Source: Chrysomallon squamiferum (taxonomy: Eukaryota > Animalia > Mollusca). Taken from it: 64,000 nt of DNA. Position numbers and translations under genes: made by a program. The stretch's first letter is position 1, and every line of letters starts with the position of its first letter. The stretch spans positions 22,134,001-22,198,000 of the forward strand of contig CM022670.1 in assembly GCA_012295275.1 (NCBI GenBank), written 5' to 3'. Below the pieces are notes generated by a model, which ran no database searches, was not told where the DNA came from, and saw only the letters and a list, made by a program, of their open reading frames with translations. Shown here in pieces: positions 15,301 through 25,913 of this stretch.

Positions 15301-17191
15301 CAGACATTTAAGATCACTCATTACAAATAAGTGTTCAGTTTAAGAAACACATCAGCAATAACTGACTTCCAAAAAGTTATGCAAAGTTGTTATTGTTTAA
15401 ATTAGCATTATATTTTAACATAACATATAGTTTTCGTCTTTTTTCCCCCTTTTTTCAGAAATAGTAACATCCATATAATTATTTAAAAAACAAAACAAAA
15501 AGAAAGAAAGAAAGAAAGAAAAAATCCTACATCTTAAGAAAATACAATGTTAAATTTAAAGAAAAAAACATAATTTTTTAAATGTTTGTGGAATAATACA
15601 TAATAGAGAAAATCTACAAAAGAAATAGGTGTGTAAAATAAAAAATATCATTTTTGAAAAATATATATCACATCTGAACTCCCCTTCTTCCCAAAATAGA
15701 ATAATAATAATTAAAAATAAAAATAAATTAAACTAAAAAATAAAAATAATAAATTGAAACAGTTCTGATAACATGCAGACAGCCTATATATATATATATA
15801 TATTTTGCTTATACCAAATGATTGTCATTTTCATTTAAAAAAAGAAAGACAGAAAAAAATATTCTAACATACCAAGTTTGTGATGTTGTACAGAGTGTGA
15901 TATTTTCTTACTTTAATAATGTAGTAAGCAGAAATGCAAAAAAAAAATAGAAATTTAATTAACACATTGACAGAATGGTTATCCAGATAAATTTTGTTTT
16001 TAATTTCTCTATATTAAACAACATGAAGAAATTAAATAGTTATTATTTTATTATTTGAGAAAATGGTTATCAAAACAAATAGAATAATATTTATGAAACA
16101 GTACATGAAAATGTAGACTGTTTTTAATTCCAGGACGGTGTATTTAATTTCTAAGGCTTCATATACCTTTTTCTTCTCCAGCTGTTCCACCACAGCGTTC
16201 ACAATTTCTGCCTGTTGTACCAGTTAAACAAGAAGTCATATTATAGCAGTGTTGAGGGAAAAAACATGGAGCACAAACAGTCTGGCTAACATTTGCAATA
16301 TTTTTGTTCATGAGAATTGCTGTGAAAATAAAATCAAGTAATGAAGTAACTCTTTCATTTAGACTTAAGAAAGGAAACAAAGAATGAAATTTTGAAAATT
16401 TAAATATATGAGGAACAAACAGAATTATTAATAAGAGAAAGTTCAGTAAATTAAACTAACGCCTTTTTGAGGTGTTTGGGTGTGTGGGTGTGATCAATAT
16501 TATATATATGTATTTTTTTTTAACAGTAAAAGAACAAAAAAAATAATACATACTTGTGTCAGCATCTTGATAACCTTCACAGAGATCACAATGCCTGCCT
16601 GAGTTATCTGGTATACAGTATGTTTTGTTTATACATGATTCAGCATAAAAGCAGTGACTAAAATTTTCATGAGAAAATTTGCTGAATACTGAACTACTGT
16701 TGCTGAGAACTAACCAAATAAATAAAAAAATGAAATAAATATATTAATAATAAATAAAAATAATAACAAATAAATAAATAACAACAACAAATACGTATAA
16801 AAAATAATACAAACAAATGATTGGTTGCCAGTTGGTAATTCTTTAAGTAATGAATAAACATTTATTTAATGACATCTCAACGTATTTTATTTTCAAATGA
16901 TACAAAGAGTAAACATATGTTTTTAATATAACAATACATCTTACATAGTATTATATATATTCTTTGTATTTAATGCCACAGATTAATTTCAATACATTTT
17001 TAATGATAGTTTGATGAAGTTACAGAACTGTGAAGAAACATTCTGCAAAGAAAAGAATAAAAGCTGCTTTTACAGAAAATAATATTTTCTGAATACTAAT
17101 GTCATAACCAACATAAAACATAATTACCTAATGTGCTTACATTGGCTAAAATAATGCAATGCACTGCATTAGCAAGCTGATATTCACTCAT
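6327..17191 (-). CDS. Uncharacterised multi-pass membrane protein, 561 aa: putative signal peptide, Cys-rich EGF-like ectodomain, ~9 TM helices with TRP-like (fungal FLC/Pkd2-type) motifs, Ser/Lys-rich tail
   Basis: 15 coding exons, all GT-AG and phase-compatible, in transcription order: 17191-17128, 16709-16554, 16319-16167, 15209-15076, 14470-14338, 13854-13748, 13352-13191, 12820-12740, 11872-11748, 11551-11450, 11072-10995, 10557-10503, 9935-9768, 7567-7460, 6386-6327 (1686 nt, one open frame). Motifs include GRNCERC, FKIMMDFIQ..HW, FNTDMFSLDC, KYGYIYDSY....FWDVLILLRK and TRPYK. The first and last two exons are less certain than the core. Confidence 0.85.
7751..7898. mobile_element. Possible degenerate hAT-Charlie-like MITE in an intron of the TM gene
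   Basis: gtctagaa (NTCTAGAN-type target site) is immediately followed by tggtgtttcacaaactttt...caaggaccc, resembling CAGTGTTTCCCAAAC ends. The right end (ttgggtacacatg) is poorly conserved. Confidence 0.25.
12045..12600 (-). mobile_element. Decayed 3' fragment of an RTE-clade LINE in the intron between coding exons 8 and 9 of the TM gene
   Basis: A GC-richer island. The minus strand near 12120-12045 translates RDTGKC*KQHAVSFAQQWDIRVAQ* (a single-base slip after the stop) followed by a tgatgatg tail. This resembles the RTE ORF C-terminus (..W..HAEAFAQ.(W/R)D...AQ*) and the (TGA)n tail recalled from invertebrate RTEs. The upstream limit is approximate. Confidence 0.5.
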
Positions 17192-17698
17192 TTTAACCAA
17201 AATTCTAGAGAGAAAAAGAAAAGTAGAATAAAAATGAGAATGGAACAAAAAGTAATAATAATAATAATAATATTAAAGACCAAAAGAAATATATCTTTTT
17301 TTGTAATAATAAAATGTCAGTGAATTTTATTTATTTATTTATAAAATCAACTAAAACTAAATTCATCTAAAATTGTCTGGCATTTTAAAATGCTCCTTTT
17401 CAAAAACACTGTGAATGAGAAACACTAATGCTCTTAATGTAATTGCATATAACAAAAATAATGCAAAAGGATGGATGTTTTATATAAATAAAACAAAATG
17501 CTTTATCATTTATTTATATTTAAAATAAAATTTTACAAAACAAAAATCTGATGAAATTAAAAATAAAATTATGAATTAATACATTTTTTTTTAAGTGGTA
17601 TAAAATGATCCTTGATGATCCATCCTTAAAAGATTACTCCAATGTATAAATTTATAAAACAAAAATACTGTTCCACTCAAACTTTTGTTTAAGTTCTA

Positions 17699-17750
<52 letters not shown>
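17699..17750. repeat. (AAT)n microsatellite
   Basis: About 17 perfect AAT units. Confidence 0.95.
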
Positions 17751-17756
<6 letters not shown>

Positions 17757-17809
17757 ATAAATAAATAAATAAACAAATATTGACAATAACAACATTCATC
17801 TCCTCTGTA

Positions 17810-18256
17810 ATTACGTCCCAAATTTTAGGACGTTAGATACGAAATAAAACGTGTAAAAATTTTAATTTCGAGTACATTTATGTTAAATTATCATTTATGA
17901 TTCATGCTTTAAAAATTATTACAAAGCTGAAATCACAAAACGCTGGGTTAGAAATGTAAGATGAAAAGTTAAAATATGTATACATCAAGAAACTATTTAA
18001 ACACTTCTTATTAATATCAATCTGTTGTCATTTTGCAACTTCCGGTTTATTCCGACATCTGTTCTCAAACTTGCAAGAAATTATACAACTTCAAAACAGC
18101 CCGCTCTGTGAACTACATTCATTGCTATTTCGTTTGTGATTGGCTGAATCGATTGCCTAGCATTACACATCACTTGATTAGTTGAAAGCTAATACACATG
18201 AATGGAGTCAACAAAAGCTATTGTAGGCCTACATTACCAAAAGAATCTTGAGAGAT
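17810..18256. promoter_or_regulatory. Putative bidirectional promoter between the TM gene (-) and the transgelin-like gene (+)
   Basis: The divergent start codons are about 1.07 kb apart (17191 and 18257). CpGs are locally retained in an otherwise CpG-poor window. There is an ETS-type ACTTCCGGT at 18038-18046 and an NF-Y-type GTGATTGGCTGA (CCAAT on the minus strand) at 18136-18147. Confidence 0.6.
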
Positions 18257-18687
18257 ATGGCAAATAGAGGCCCGGTTTACGGATTAAGCCGTGAGTGCCA
18301 TTTGAAGGTATGTATATTTACTGAAAAATAATACAAAAAAACAACAACACTAAGGATGCATTAAAATACCAATGACATCCGTGTCTTTTTTCTTTCCTTT
18401 TTCTTCTTACTTTTTTTTTTTTTCTTTTTTCCCCGTTTGAGCTGCGATCGCTATTGTTGAAAGTCGTTTTCCGATACGTTTGTTGAAACTCACCATGTAA
18501 TGAAATACACAAAGTACACAGTGTGTAGCATTTAATTTAATTTATATATAACTAATGCATGCATATTTATCATGGATGCACAGTTCTGGATGCATGATGT
18601 CGAAAGTCAACTGAAATCTGAGATAATATTTTTGCAGTAACTAAATTCGTACAGTATTTGAAATCGATTATTTAAAAAGTTTTAAAA

Positions 18688-18734
<47 letters not shown>

Positions 18735-18735
18735 G

Positions 18736-18776
<41 letters not shown>

Positions 18777-21700
18777 TTAATAATACTGTGTATTGGAATT
18801 TTTTTTAAATGATAATAAAAAATAATAATAAATAAATAAATAACGAAGTTTTAATGTCCAATTTCAGAAGCAGTCAGTTACATTTTCTTGATTCACATAT
18901 TACAAGTGTACATTCAAAGAATATTTTGTACTCAAACCTATCAGTATTTAACATCTACACTAAAGCCAGTTGTTTCACCTCAGTTTGTCTATTGTTCACA
19001 GTGGTCAAGCTTCCACAATTTTATCTTCTGCTTGACAGACATTGTATACACACAGGTAATTTTATATTTCTTGATAACACAATTCAGATACAGTTACCAG
19101 GTAAAATAATTTACTGTTCTGAGTTAAGAGTGAATATTTGAAGCAAGGATATAATACAGTGACATAAAACTGACAAAATCTTGGTGATCTAACAGAGAAA
19201 AATAATTTTCAGTTAACAAATTAAATGAATAATCACATATATTGTGTCATTAGTTGATCTCTGTATTTTTTATGTTCAGGAATTTAAAAAAAAGAATATT
19301 TTTAAATATGTTTTAGTGCTTTTTTTAACTGTTTTTTAAGTAAGTTTATATACATAAATACACAAATATACAAACACACACATAAAACTGATTTTCTATC
19401 TCTACATGTTTATGCTTATTAAAACATATTAAAGTAAAAGTTTTATTGAAAGTATATTCTTTCTCCTACCATCCTAAAAAATCTATATATTACATTAATG
19501 TTGTTTCAAGTGTTATAATAATAACCAAAAAAACCACCAACATATTACACTTGAAAGAAATAGAGTCAGAGGTGATGGTGAAAAAGAATGAACAAAAACC
19601 AAAATGAAAATCAATGAATGATGTGATATATCTGTGAGATTGATTAATAGGATTATTTTAACGTCCACTGAAGATAGAGTGAAGAGAAAATAATAACAGG
19701 CTTTAGTCTTGTTTGGCATGTCCATCGTATGAAATGTTGCTATTTTCAGTAACCTTTTGTTCAGATAAATAAACTTATTTGTTGTTGATAAAAATCTGAT
19801 ATCAGCTTGAGTTTGAATAACATTTTATAACTAATAATTTTAAAGCAGTTCAGTTAATATATTGTATAAACAAAATTATTAAGTATCTGAACACGTCATG
19901 TATTCAATTATTTCCTAGTTTATCCACCTGTCTGCAAATTCTAAATTATGTATGATTATGTTTTTGTTACATGCTATATTATTAATTAGTTCATGGTCAT
20001 CTTAAAGACTTTTTTTTAAAATTTCTAATAAAATGCAGTTATTATAAATAACAGCAGTAGTCAACCTGAACTGTTTATTTTTTTGTTTGTTTTATTTTGT
20101 TTTATATTTTTTTACTTTTGTTTTGTTATTTTATTTTATTTTATTTTATTAAAATTAGTACAAGTATTTTTATTTTTAAAAATTATCTATTTTGAGAAAT
20201 AATAATTTAAAAAATAGCCTCATTTAAATTTAAAATGTGACTTTGTTAGTTTAGATAAAAAAAAGAGATTATCCTACTTTTGAATATATTTGTCACTCAT
20301 GACTTCATCTGAGAAAAGAGGTTACTTGATAAAAATAACAAACTGCTCCACATATTGTAATTCACACAACACATGAATATAGTGTTGCTGTTGTGTGATA
20401 GTGTTTGTCAGTGTGTCAGGTATGTTTCAGTATGTCACGTACACATTTTTAGACAGAAAACACACAGTGAGAACAACAGGCCACAAAACATATTTTTACT
20501 TGACACAACATCTAGATAATGTTACTCTAACAATATTTACTGGGTCTCTGTAACAAAATGTTTTTTTTTTGCTTTGTTGTTTTTTTCTTTGAATATTTAG
20601 TGATGGCTAAAAAAACTTTTAATTTTAAATTAGTAAATAAGACAGACTGGGGAAAATATTTTTTAAATTATAGATTCCAGGTACTGGACATGTTGAAAGT
20701 GTTAGATATAAAATGTTTAAATGTAACAGTTATGTGTAATTAATTATTAACTTACTTAACATCAGTTTCATTCAAGTACTGAAGTTATCTTAACATAAAA
20801 ACTCTTTATTTTTCTTTCATAATATAAAAAAATAACTTTATATAGTTACTTCTGGTGTGCAAATATATTTATATTCATACCTTTTCCTGAAAATTCAGCC
20901 TTATTTTATACATAAAGATCTTTTTATTTTCTCAGAATTTCCTGTTTTATAAAAAAAAAAAAAGATTTCTTAATATACATTCTGTTTTCTCTCAATCAAA
21001 AGTATTAGAGAGAAAATTAAACAGTGTTTACAGAAAAATAGCCCATCATGTGTTATTTATAGTATTTTTTTATTGCAGACAATTAAATACTTAATAAATA
21101 ATTTATTTTGCTTGTTTATTTGTTTCATCCAGCTAACCATAATACAAAAAGATTGTTGTTAGGCACATTGCCAGACTGTTCAGTACCAGTAGCAGAGGAA
21201 TGTTTTTCTGGTTTAAAATTTGTTCATTTAATTTTTATTAGGTAGTAAAGACTACAACCATTTAGGATTATTTATATCAATATCACAGTCATAAGAGATA
21301 AATGTTAAGACTCTTACACATACAGACGTACATACAAACAGATGCACATATGCATACACACACCAAAAAACCCATAAAAATTATAACTTCTCAATTATGT
21401 CAGGATATTTTCAGTAGAAAATTAATCATTTACAAATAAAACTTGGCATTACATCTGTCAGTCTACAATTGTAGCAATATCAACGACAAAACATCATCTT
21501 CATCAATAATAACAATTATAAAAACTTTTCCAGAAATATCTGTAAGGTGCTTTTCACAGAATGGGCCATTTCCAGTCATAAAAAGAGATTATGTCGGTTC
21601 TTGCATTTATCTGTTATAAAAATATCACAACAGACAAAATAGAGAATTGAACTGATTGCTTTTATTGATCTGCCAGAAGCTGATATAAACACTTAGGATC

Positions 21701-22089
21701 ATCAATAACAATTGAGATATTTGTGTCAGAAGTGATGCAAGTATTTATGATTTTCAGTGATATCTAATCAGTTTTTGTATCTGAAATGCAGATCTTTAGA
21801 AACAGAGAAAAACTTACAAACTGTGAATATTTGTTTTAGATGTGTTGTTTTTTGGGGTGTTCTTTTTTGTTAATTATTTTTCTTCTTCTTCTTCTTCTTC
21901 TTATTATTGCTATTGTTATTTTTGTGTTTTTTGTTTATTATTATTAATGTTATTGTCATTTTGTTGTTTTTTGGTTATTATTGTTGTCATCATCATCATC
22001 ATCATTTCAAACATGCTTTCATCTGCTGAATTTCCAAACCCTCTTGAGCAGCCAGTCTGTTGTTTATTTTTATGTATTTTAGAGTGATG

Positions 22090-22135
<46 letters not shown>

Positions 22136-23073
22136 GTGTGTGTGTGTGTGTGTGTGGATTTGTCCATCAAGAATATTTTTTGTTTTGTTTTTGTTGTGTT
22201 ATTAGGACTCTTTTGTTTTATATCAACATGTTCAAATTCTGATTTTGAAGCCAAAAAAAAAAGTTCATGTTAACACACCTATCTGCAAATTTTAAAAAAC
22301 CCACTCATATTTATATATATAAACTTTTGATTGAAAAACAAAAGGAATGTAAATTAAGAAAACATTAATAATAATAATATATATACATACACACATACAT
22401 TTTATTTGTTTAATTATAAATAATTATAATTTACAAAATGTATTTTCAGACAAAAGAGAAGTTTAATCTTGATCAAGCTAAAGAAGCTGTTTTCTGGATA
22501 GAACAGGTCACGGGTCTGAGTCTGAAGCCCAGCCGAGGGAGATTCCTGGATGAATACGATGTTGCTGAAGTGTTAAAAGATGGTGTAGCGCTGTGTGAGT
22601 AAGTGGTTACAGCTGGAGAAGCTGTTGTATAAGATTGAATTAGAGAGGAGAAGCTTGTTAAAAAAAAAAATCCCTTGCTACATAATAATTCAAAAGGGTA
22701 GCCAGTTAATTGGTAAAAGTTGGTTTTTCTCTCGTCTAATTTTATTATGTAGTAAAATATATAATTTACATCTTATAGTTGTTAATATTAAATATGTTAA
22801 ATTGTTGTTAAATCTTCATTTAGCAACATCCCTAATTTATCCTGGTCAGTAATATCATCCTCAAAAATATGTCGTTAAGTAGTTATTAGTGATAAACATA
22901 ATGGTGGATTTAATTTAAAAAACAAATTAATTTTATTGATGTTTAGATTAATCTCATCAAGAGGTTGTTAATTACTGAAGTTGATTAAATATTTATTTCA
23001 TCTGGCATGATGTGTGCATCTCTGATGTAATCTTATTGATCTTTTTTGTTTCCCATTTCAGTGATGTAGATTA

Positions 23074-23168
<95 letters not shown>

Positions 23169-25913
23169 GAATGTATTTAAAGATCAGATTCGATCAATGA
23201 AACATAATAACAACATTTTTAATACAAGATTGTTTTGGTTTCTTTTAAATAATGGTTTTGAATGTTTAGTGATAGTTGGAGTATCATGCATTTGGCACCT
23301 GGATGCAAATACATATTTACATAAACTATAATCAATAAATATTTGACTAAGAAACATTTCACAAATTTGATGTAACATAACTTGAAATAATCAGTAAATA
23401 TTTGATTATGAAACATTTCTCATATTTGATGTAACTTAACGGGAAATAATCAGTAAATATTTGACTAAGAAACATTTCTCATATTTGATGTACTGTAGGT
23501 GGAAATAATCAGTAAATATTTGACTAAGAAACATTTCTCATATTTAATGTAATGAAACTGGAAATAATCAGTAAATATTTGACTAAGAAGCATTTCACAT
23601 GTTTGATGTAATGTAACTAGAAATATAAAGTAAATATTTGATTAAGAAACATTTCACATATTTGATGTAACGTAACTAGAAATAATCAGTAAGTATTTGA
23701 TTAAGAAATATTTCACCATATTTGATGTAATGTAACTGGAAATAATAAAGAACAAAATCATGTGCATAAAAACTGCATCTAACACATATCTTGATAATCA
23801 TATGATATTCACATTTATTATACAAACATGTAAATTTATTTTATTTGAAAAAAAAAAAGAACAAAGAAGAAACAAGATGTTGATGTTCATATGGATTTTT
23901 GAGATATTCAGGCTTTATTCTCAGTTATTATTAATTTTGTTTGATCAGTTCATAAAGACAGTTTATCTGTCAGATTCAATTACATCCATGAACATTACTG
24001 CTTTCTTTTAGCACTGAAGAATCAGCATCAGACAAATACTTTTTAGTGTACTAATTCATAATTATTAAAAATTCTTGTTTATTTTAAATTAAAAAAAATT
24101 AAAGTATGTAAAAAAAAAATAATAAAAAATTTTCTCCTTAAATAAATTATAATGCATTGTTGTTTTCTTTTAAAACAGGTTAATGAACAAAATAAATCCT
24201 GGAGCCATAAAAAGAATTCACAAGCAGAAGACAACATTCAAACAGGTTTTTATTAAAAACAGTTTTGTTGATTTAGTATTAGTAACACTTGTTCATTTGC
24301 AGTAAGATTTCATTGTTGGTTATACCTTATCAGAAAACTAGCACCACAACCACTGATAACTCAATGTGTAGGTATTATAACGTATTAGATACTGAATAGA
24401 TTAGGATTAAATAAAATGCTTAATGGTTTATTAACGTTTGTTACATTTTCTTTTGTAAATTTGCTTTTTTGTTTCATATTTGAAATTGCTATGACTAAAG
24501 AGCTAATTCTTAATGAATATAATTTTAGATATTTTTTCTAAGATAAAGAACATTGATAAGTCAGCATATAGGTATTATAAAATGTTAGATATTGAATAAA
24601 TTAGGATTAAATAAAATGCTTAATATTTTAAGCATTTTTTTTTTGTAAATTTGCTTTTTTATTTAATATTTGAAATGGTTATGACTAAAAAGCTAATTCT
24701 TAATAAATATAATTTTAAATATTGTTATTTCTAAGATTGAAAACATTGGCAAGTCTGTGTGTAGATATTATGACGTGTTGGGTACTGAAAAGATTAGGGT
24801 TAAACAAAATGCTTAAATGTTTTTAAACATTTGTTTTATTTCCTTTTGTAATTTTGCATTTTTATTAAATATTTGAAATGGTTATGACTAGTGGTCTAAT
24901 TCTTTGTAAATATAATTTTAAATATTGTTTTTTCTAAGATGGAGAACATTGAATTGTTTATCAAAGCCTGTTTGAATTACAACATGAACAGGGTGGACAT
25001 ATTTCAGACTCTGGACCTGTATGAGGCAAAGTCTATGTATACAGTACGTTCATCTTCTTAAATAGCTTCACTTAGAATAATTTCTATAATTGTCATAAAT
25101 TGTCTGTTAGTTATGTCAGTTTTCATTTTCATATAATTATAGTTATTTAAATATTAGTATCATTTTTAATTTGGAGAAACAGTAAATGTTTATTATTCCT
25201 GAAACAGTGAGTTTTGATTTTTATCACGTCCTAGAAATATACAGTGTGACTATACTGAATTTTTCTTGTTATTTAAAGATTATTATTATTATCCATGTTT
25301 TAAGCAGTTAAATACATGAAAATAAATGGTTTCTTTCAGGTGGTAAATGCTATTCATGCTTTAGGATCACTGGTAAGAGCTTGATCAACATAATCATTAT
25401 AACTGAACAGATACAAAAGATAATTTTTTAAACAATAACATTTTTGCTGTTCTTTTTATTGTGTTTGTGGTAAAGAATACAAAGGTTATAAAACCTATTC
25501 AAATGTATGAAAATAGTAATGACTTACATTAAATTTTAAAATATTTCATATATTCATTTCATTTAAGACACAAATAAGACAATTATATGAATGTGTGTCT
25601 GTTTCAACAGGCTCAGAAGAATGGCTTCAATGGTCCAACAATAGGTGTTAAACTTGCAGAAAAGAATGAGAGAACATTTACTGAAGAACAGATAGCCGAA
25701 AGGAACAGAATAATTGGTCTGCAGTACGGAACAAACAAAGTAGCATCTCAGGCTGGCATGACTCCTTACGGTTTGTCCAGACAAATTCTGCTGAATCAGA
25801 CAAGTGTAGAAGAGAGAAAACAGATGGAGACGCAGATGGAGGAAGAAAACTCAGGAAAAAATCAGCTTGACAACCACATTGGCAACAATGCTAATCTGTT
25901 GAACAATACCTAG
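18257..25913 (+). CDS. Transgelin/myophilin/Mp20-like actin-binding protein (one CH domain plus one calponin (CLIK) repeat), 235 aa
   Basis: 6 exons: 18257-18307 (MANRGPVYGLSRECHLK), 22450-22598 (..WIEQVTG...LKDGVALCE), 24179-24245 (LMNKINPGAIKRIHKQKTTFKQ), 24939-25043 (MENIELFIKAC..DIFQTLDLYEAK), 25340-25372 (VVNAIHALGSL), 25611-25913 (AQKNGFNGPTIGVKLAEKNERTFTEEQ...IIGLQYGTNKVASQAGMTPYGLSRQI). All are GT-AG with consistent phases and carry the calponin/transgelin family signatures. Confidence 0.95.
18688..18774. repeat. (ATT)n microsatellite
   Basis: About 29 ATT units with one ATG interruption. Confidence 0.95.
22092..22156. repeat. (AC)n-TATA-(TG)n self-complementary compound microsatellite
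   Basis: About 19 CA units, then tata, then about 11 TG units; a continuous purine-pyrimidine alternation. Confidence 0.9.
23078..23162. repeat. (GA)n microsatellite
   Basis: About 42 perfect GA units. Confidence 0.97.
23328..23748. repeat. Minisatellite, 7 copies of a ~59-bp unit, in intron 2 of the transgelin-like gene
   Basis: Consensus is approximately gaaataatcagtaaatatttgactaagaaacatttcacatatttgatgtaatgtaactg, repeated head-to-tail. Confidence 0.92.
24365..24955 (+). repeat. Three diverged ~195-bp tandem copies, each ending in the exon-4 acceptor plus the first ~17 nt of exon 4
   Basis: The copies begin near 24365, 24567 and 24758 (tgtaggtattataa..ttaggattaaataaaatgcttaa..tttgaaatggttatgacta..ctaattctt..). 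They end in ttctaag|ataaagaacattg, ttctaag|attgaaaacattg and ttctaag|atggagaacattg (the real exon). Confidence 0.88.

Noticed and set aside
15873-16008. Possible extra minus-strand exon (EIKNKIYLDNH..LFFFCISAYYII..NL|gtatgt)
   Set aside because: Poor acceptor, the frame runs through a poly-T run, and it would break phase if included with exon 15209-15076, which has the expected C..C motif and TM helix.
23328-23748. CRISPR-like appearance (conserved ~49 bp plus a variable ~10 bp)
   Set aside because: The variable segments are homologous to each other and far too short for spacers. There are no cas genes and the context is a eukaryotic intron, so it is a minisatellite.
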